64,000 nucleotides of DNA. Origin: the human T2T-CHM13v2.0 reference genome, Homo sapiens. The notes below the pieces were generated by a model. That model searched no databases, was not told the origin of the DNA, and worked only from the letters and a program-made list of their open reading frames with translations. How positions within the stretch are numbered: the stretch's first letter is position 1; every line of letters begins with the position of its first letter. Shown here piece by piece: positions 57,622 to 64,000 of this stretch. A program made the translations under genes and the position numbers. The stretch is from assembly GCF_009914755.1 (NCBI RefSeq), contig NC_060947.1. One strand, written 5' to 3'.

Positions 57622-58624
57622 CTGTGAGATACAAGATATTTTTAAAAGGAAATATTTACTACAATGTAAAAGTAGGTAATCTGCCAAATTGGTAAATGTC
57701 TGCAAGCAAAATTATGTGAGTTATCAATATGTGATATACACTCAACTTTTTAGCTCCTTGTGTCCTCAGAACCCCACTTAACTTTTTAGCATAGAGATTG
57801 CCAGCAAAATTCTCTGTTAATTAAGTTCACTGCCACACCAAGCACGGTAAAGAGGTTTCTCTCTGAAACTGGAGCCTTTACCATACAAAATGTAAATACA
57901 AGTACATAAGTGGAGTTAACCTAAGGAAATCTTATTTGTCAATGGTACTTGCAAATATCTCAGAGTCAGGAGCCTCTGTGTGCCTGGAGAGTCAGAAAAT
58001 TATAACTATAAGCATTATACAACTTAGAAGGGGATCAAAAATCAATCACAAGAATGCAACCATCTGTTAGAAGAACCACAAAACAGGGCCCAGAAAGCTT
58101 TCCCAAGGACTCAGATGTGCTAGGTAAACACAGGAGTTCCCAGAGATCAGCAAAGTCAAAGCAGAAAGATTAGACAACTTCAAACTTCTCTTCTAGACAT
58201 GTTATACCACCTGGTTCTTCCCACAGGGATACCTCGACACAGAAATAAAGGGAACACATTGTTCCAAGGATTTAAAATAAATAATATCTGGGAGAATTAA
58301 CCTGTTGATGGCACTTAAGAGACACGCAAAAAAACCCACTTTGGGTCAATCTGAAAACCCGAGTCAGAAGCCAGGTCGTGCATTCTGATAGCATCTTTCA
58401 ACGGAATCAGAATAACTTAAGGTTCTCAGTCAACAGAAACTTCCCCAAAACTCTGAGTCATTCAATAAAGATGCACCTTCTGTTGATGTTGTACAGGCAG
58501 AGAAACTAGAATTGTGGAATAAGAGATTTCGTATTTGTTCTTGTATTAATTCTGTGGCCATGTTGGTCTTCTCTCTCCAACAAGGCCATAAGATTCTCAG
58601 GGAAGGGTTGAGATACAGCTTTAT

Positions 58625-59146
58625 GTTTCTTCTCAGCCAGGATTCCTTAGAGAAACAGAACCAACAGGAGAAAGAGAGAGAGAGAGAGAGAGAGATACAT
58701 ACATAGATATATAGATACATAGATACATAGATATAGATAGATGATATTGATATAGATATAGATGGAGAGAGAGACAGAGACAGAGAGAGAAACAGAGAAA
58801 GAGAGAAGGATTCAGATTTATTTTAAGGAATTAGCTCATGTTGATTGAGAGGGACGGCAGGTCCAAAATCTGTAGGGTAGGTCACGGACCCAAGGAAGAG
58901 TTGCAGTTTGACTTCAAAGGCAGTCTGCTGGCAGAATTCCCTCTTTTCCTGAGAGTCATCAATCTTTTTCTCTTAAGGACTTCAACTGATTGGATAAAGT
59001 CCATTCACATTATGGAAGTTAATCTGCTTTGCTCAAAGTCTACTGATTTAAATGTTAACCTTATCTTAAAAATAGCTTGACAGAAACATTAGAATAATGT
59101 TTGTCCAAATATCTACACAAGTTGACGTATAAAATTAACTGTCACC
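58625..59146 (-). mobile_element. MLT2-type ERVL LTR with internal (GA)n/(GATA-like)n microsatellite
   Basis: AGAGAAACAGAACCAACAGGA, then microsatellite, then GATTTATTTTAAGGAATTAGCTCA and TATAAAATTAACTGTCAC. Confidence 0.8.
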
Positions 59147-59249
59147 CTTCTTAACACTATTGAGGTGTACTTTAGCTACAATGTACTCATTTTATTTTAG
59201 TTTAGTTTCCGTATTTTGTTTTTTATAGTTAGAAGTAATTTTAAAAATT

Positions 59250-61290
59250 TTAACCTGCCATTAAAACTGTATATATTTACAATACACAACATAATATTTT
59301 GAAATATGTATACCCTGTGGAATGGCTAAATTGAGCTAATTAACATACGCATTACCTTACATACCTATCATTTTGGGAGGTGAGAACACATAAAATCTAT
59401 TCTCTTAGCAATTTTCAAGACTACAATACATTGTTTTTAACTATAGTTACCATGTTGTACAATACATCCCTTGAACTTATTTCTCCTATCTAACTAAATT
59501 TTGTATCCTTTGACCAATATCTCCTCACAAATGTACCCACATTAAATAATTTAACATGCAATTTGGGGAGTTATGACACATGTGTACACCTATGTAACTA
59601 CCACTCCAATCAAGATATAAAACATTCCCATCATTCCAGAAAGTTCCCTCTTTCCCCTTCCTAGACAATCCCTGTCCCCTTTCTGGCCCTGGGCAACCAC
59701 TGTTCAGTTTTCTGTCACTTATAGATTGTTTTTGCCTGTTTTCACATTTTTTAATGGACTCATACAAGATGTACACCTTTGTATCTGGCGTCTTTTGCTC
59801 AGCATGACATTTCTGAGGTTTGTCCAAGTTTCCGTTTGTTCCTTTTTATTGCTAAGTAGTGTCCATTGTATGGATGCATCACGGTTTGTTTCACCTGTTG
59901 ATAACTATTTCTAGTTTTGATCTGCTGTGAACAAAACTGCTATAAACATTCTTGTACAGGTCTTTTTGTGTACATATGTTTTTTTCTTCTCTTGGGTCAA
60001 TGCCTAGTAGTGGAATGGCTGAGTCACACAGTGGGTGTATGTTTAACTTTTTAAGTTTAATAGTGTTCCAAAGTTGTTGCACTGCTTTACATTACCAACA
60101 GCAATGCATGAAAGTTCTAGTTGATCAGAATACTGACACTTGCTGACTTTTCTTTTATGCTTTATGCTTTAAATATAGTTTCTATTTGTTTTACACATTT
60201 TTACAAAGTAATTTGTTTTACAAATTTTTACAAAGTAACTTTGTTTTACAAAGTAATATTTGTTTTATAAAAAAGTTGCAAAGATAGTACAGAAAGTTCC
60301 CATATACCTTTCACCTAGTTTTCTCTAATGTTAGCATCTTACATTACATGGTACATTGCCAAGACCAGGATATCGACACTGGTAGATCACTATGTACTAA
60401 ACTTCAGATTTTATTTGGATTTCACCCATTTATCCACTAACCATCCTTTTTCTGTTGCAGGATCCCATCCAGGATACCACATTTCATTTAGTTGTCCTGT
60501 CTTCTTAGTCTCCTATGGTGTGTGATAGTTTCTCAGTAGTCCCTTATTTTTCATAACCTTCAAAGTTTGAAGAATACGGGTCAGTTATCTGGTAGAATAT
60601 CCCTTAATTTGGATCTGTCTGAAGTTACTTTTTTCATTTTTAGATTAGGACTATGAATTTTGGGGAAGACTACCACAAAGACCAAGTGCTCTTGTCATCA
60701 TGTCACCTCAGAGGGCACTTGATATCAATATGACTTATCACGGATGATGTTAACCTTGATTCCTTGCTTAGGGTGGTGTCTGTCAGGTCTCTCCACTGTA
60801 GAGTTGCTACTCACCCCTCTTCCATGCTCTGTTCTTTGGAAGAGAGTCATTAAGTTCAGATCATCCTCAAGAGGGGATGGTGGGAGCTAACTTCCACTTT
60901 CTGGAGATGGAGAATCCCCACAAATTTTTTGAATTCTTTTCTAAGGAAGATTTTCCTCTTTTCCCCTTTTACTTGCTTATTCATTCATTTATTTATAACA
61001 GTGGACATATATATGTGTTTTATACCTTGTGTTATAATCTAATACAATATGATTTATTTGTTGCTCAAATTATTCTACTTCTGAGCACTCCTTCAGGTCG
61101 GCTCCTGAGTCCCTTTGACATGTCCCCATCCTTTTGTCTGTTGAGCATTTTTTTCATTTTTGGCACTAGAAGATTCTCCAGACTCATCTTCTATTTTCTC
61201 TGCCCAAGCCCTAGGATCTGTCATTTGTCCAAGAAGGCTTTCCTTTTATCAAGAGAGTGGTATTTAGAAGCAAGTTCTGGCTGCTGAGTG
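59250..61290 (-). mobile_element. Cluster of nested old L1M 3' fragments, boundaries approximate
   Basis: Antisense L1MA/ME/MC-like motifs such as GTGAGAACACATAAAATCTATTCTCTTAGCAATTTTCAAG and AAAGTTGCAAAGATAGTACAGA. Confidence 0.65.
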
Positions 61291-62850
61291 CATGCTGATT
61301 TTGTTTTATAATCAGCTTTATTGAGAAATAATTCATGTTCCATACAACTTGCATGCTGACCTGAAAACCTCCACTTATCCCTCCTTCATCAGAGTTCAAT
61401 ACATAAAACTTGCTCAGCAGAAACCTGTGGATTGATCCAGGGACCATTCTCCACGAAGAAGAAGTCAATCCCCATTCTAGCTCTGCCTCTCCTAAGATGA
61501 CTGACACAGAGTAAGACAGTTACTTAATCGTCCAGGCCCCAGATATCAGTCTTTGTAATTCAACATCTATTGACTCCATCGTCTTCTTCCAGGAAGTATG
61601 CCCAGATTAGCATAAACAGTTGGGTTAGGTGGTCTTCTCAGTGTCCCAGAGCTCTCTGTTTCTCTTTCATCTGCCGCTAACTCCACTGCACCAGTTTCAT
61701 GCATTTACTATTCTATCTCATTCACTGGGCCCTACGCTGCAAGAGCATGGGCTCTGGAGCCAGTCTCCCTGGGTTGAGTCATGGTCTGCCACTCACTAGC
61801 TGTGTTAAGTTGCTTAACTTCTCTGTGCTTCAGTTAACTCAGTAGTGAAATGTGATCATAGTAACTGTCTTGGAGGCATGTTAGAAAGATGAAGTGTGTT
61901 GATACATGTAAATCACTTTGAACAGTGGCTGGCATGTTGTAAGTTCTCAATCAATATTATTACCGCAGCTGCTACTATTATAATTATAATCTTTGTATGC
62001 CTAGGACGTGCTGGCAGAGACTGCTGGCACACAGTAGGTTCACAATATATGCTTGATATAATCTCAGCTGTGTGACCTTGAACTTGTCATTTATTTGACA
62101 CACAATGCCCCGATTTATAAACTGATCTTTTGTACTTTGGTTCCTTATGTTATAACTATCTATCCTACTTGTTTTAAGTCTCCCCTTGAACCCAGACCCA
62201 CTATGGTCTCTGCAGATCCCTACCAGCAGAGTAGTGCCCAACCCTGCCCCCTCAACACAATGCACTTGTACAAAGTGGGTGTGGGATGGAACTTAAATAG
62301 CAAAGAACCAAATCAAGATGCACATTGAGAGCAATGTGCATCTATGACTGGTGTACAAAGTCATCCTTCTGCACTATCAGTGTGGCATTGTGCCCACGAG
62401 TAAAGGGAATCACAAAGAGATAAAACCATAAGCAGCTAAATAGCCACACCATAAGTGGGAAGAACAGCATATTTTTGCTTGAAAATCCATTAATAAAAAG
62501 ATAGGAAGAAATCAGTATTCAGCCAAACAATTAAATTATTTAGGTTTTTTTGTTTGCTTGTTTTCACAAATGCATTGGTTCAGCCAGAAATCACCACCAG
62601 ATGACTTGAAGAAGAATGTGAGCCCAGCAGATGTGGTTAATTAATGTCTGTCTGTCACTGCCAGGGCCTGCACCAGCAACCATGGCAGCTCCTGGAAACA
62701 TAAAGACAATTGATTCAGAAAGTGAGAGCTCAGTCTGACACATGGGACTTGGCCTGGGAAAAAGTGAAGGACAGCTTTTGGAACAAGGCAGAGTTAACTA
62801 ACTAACCATGACCTGCATGTGGAGCCCTGCCCAACAAAAGCATCCTGCAC

Positions 62851-62922
62851 ATCTATATCTATATCTATATCTATATCTATATCTATATCTATATCTATAT
62901 CTATATCTATATCTACACATAG

Positions 62923-62950
<28 letters not shown>
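62851..62950. repeat. Compound microsatellite (ATCTAT)10 + (AC)14
   Basis: Counted directly: hexamer 62851-62910, AC run 62923-62950. Confidence 0.95.
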
Positions 62951-62955
<5 letters not shown>

Positions 62956-63214
62956 CTTGCTCTGCTGCCCAGGCTGGAGTGCAGTTGCACAATCTTGGCT
63001 CACTGCAACGTCTGCCTCCTTGGTTCAAGCGATTCTCCTGCCTCAGCCTCCTGAGTAGCTGGGATTACAGGTGCACACCACCACGCCTGGCTAATTTTTG
63101 TATTTTTAGTAGAGACGTGGTTTCACCATGTTGGCCAAGCTGGTCTTGAACTCCCGACCTCAAGTAATCCTCCCAAAGTGCTGGAATTACAGGTGTGAGT
63201 CACCGCACCCAGCC
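62951..63214 (-). mobile_element. AluS whose tail position is occupied by the compound microsatellite
   Basis: Antisense Alu starting AGAGTCTTGCTCTGCTGCCCAGGCTGGAGTGCAG. Confidence 0.92.
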
Positions 63215-64000
63215 ATATCCTTCTATATTAACCTCCCACCAGAACACATAAGATGGGCACCTCTCCACCATCCCTCCTTCCTTTCCCCAGAGATAAATTA
63301 TTTGTACAGTACATGTCATATGGAAATGCTGTGATGAGGGTGGGAAGGGGCCCCTTCCAAGACTCTATTTGACAGATCCCATCTGAATAACCCAGTTGAA
63401 ATGTCACCTCAGCTGAATTATACGGATTCTCATTCAATGGAGTCCCAAAAATATTGAGGGTTGCCCAAATAGCAATAATCCCAGCAATGCAATGGTGTCA
63501 AAGACCAGCTGTTAAAGCCCTCCTAACTCAGGAATGCTCCTAGAAAGGAGGTTTGCTCAAGACTCTAAAACCAAAAACAGAGTAAATGTGTGAGTAAATG
63601 GGAACCAAACAATATGTAAAGGAAACTATCATGAAGCAGAATAAAACACTTTACCCTTTAACCTCCTTGGTGTCTTATGTCTAAGCAGGCAACAGCTTAG
63701 TTTAGGTAAATTCATAAAAACAAATCTTCTTTTGTAAGATTAGGGAAAACTTCTGATAAACACAGGAAAGAGCTATTGTTAGACTCATAAAAATTTGCAA
63801 ATCTTCAAGCTTCAGGGAGTAAGTGGGGTAAGGAGGAAATGTCTAAGTTTATAAGATTACACAATCTGAGGCAAGAGTTTTGTGCCTCACATTTGGCCAT
63901 GATGGAAACATTCCAGTGATTATTACTGTTTTGAACATTGTCCAGGGAGGCTTGTTCTTCTGAAGAAATCATGAGAAGACATTAGAATAAGTCCTTGTCC

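Noticed and set aside
60190-60275. Imperfect TTTTACAAAGTAA repeats with short spacers, superficially CRISPR-like
   Set aside because: Slippage in an AT-rich L1M fragment; spacers are irregular and self-similar; eukaryotic context with no cas genes.
62794-63149. ORFs with DIDIDI, YRYRYR and SISISI runs
   Set aside because: Frames through the hexamer microsatellite.
57622-64000. Search for MAOB exon 3 (NQKVKYVDLGGSYVGPTQ...)
   Set aside because: Not found; this stretch is intron 3 and the exon lies outside the window.

Overview
Human (or very close primate) genomic DNA from the Xp11.3 MAOA/MAOB locus, identified from the encoded protein and my recall of the locus. Bases 1-~1040 appear to be the end of the MAOA 3'UTR (+ strand, AATAAA at 1010). 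A ~19.8 kb repeat-rich intergenic spacer follows. From ~20825 to the window end lies the convergent MAOB gene (- strand). Exons 4-15 were mapped by hand: all have GT/AG boundaries and consistent phases, totalling 1284 nt and encoding residues G94-V520 plus stop. Most other sequence is Alu, L1, L2, MIR, MaLR/ERVL LTRs and Tigger DNA transposons, and nearly all ORF-track entries are spurious. I found no convincing new multi-gene system. The most unusual observations: (1) a perfect 25-bp-arm palindrome plus tandem duplication at one end of a MER21-like LTR whose other end begins at +6 of the exon 7 donor; (2) a tailless internal L1 ORF2 fragment flanked by an 18-bp direct repeat; (3) a MAOB poly(A) signal that appears to derive from an L2 3' end; (4) a full-length Tigger1 in the MAOB sense orientation; (5) inverted repeats flanking exons 5 and 8; (6) two candidate intronic regulatory clusters. 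Repeat subfamily names are from memory of consensus sequences and need RepeatMasker confirmation.
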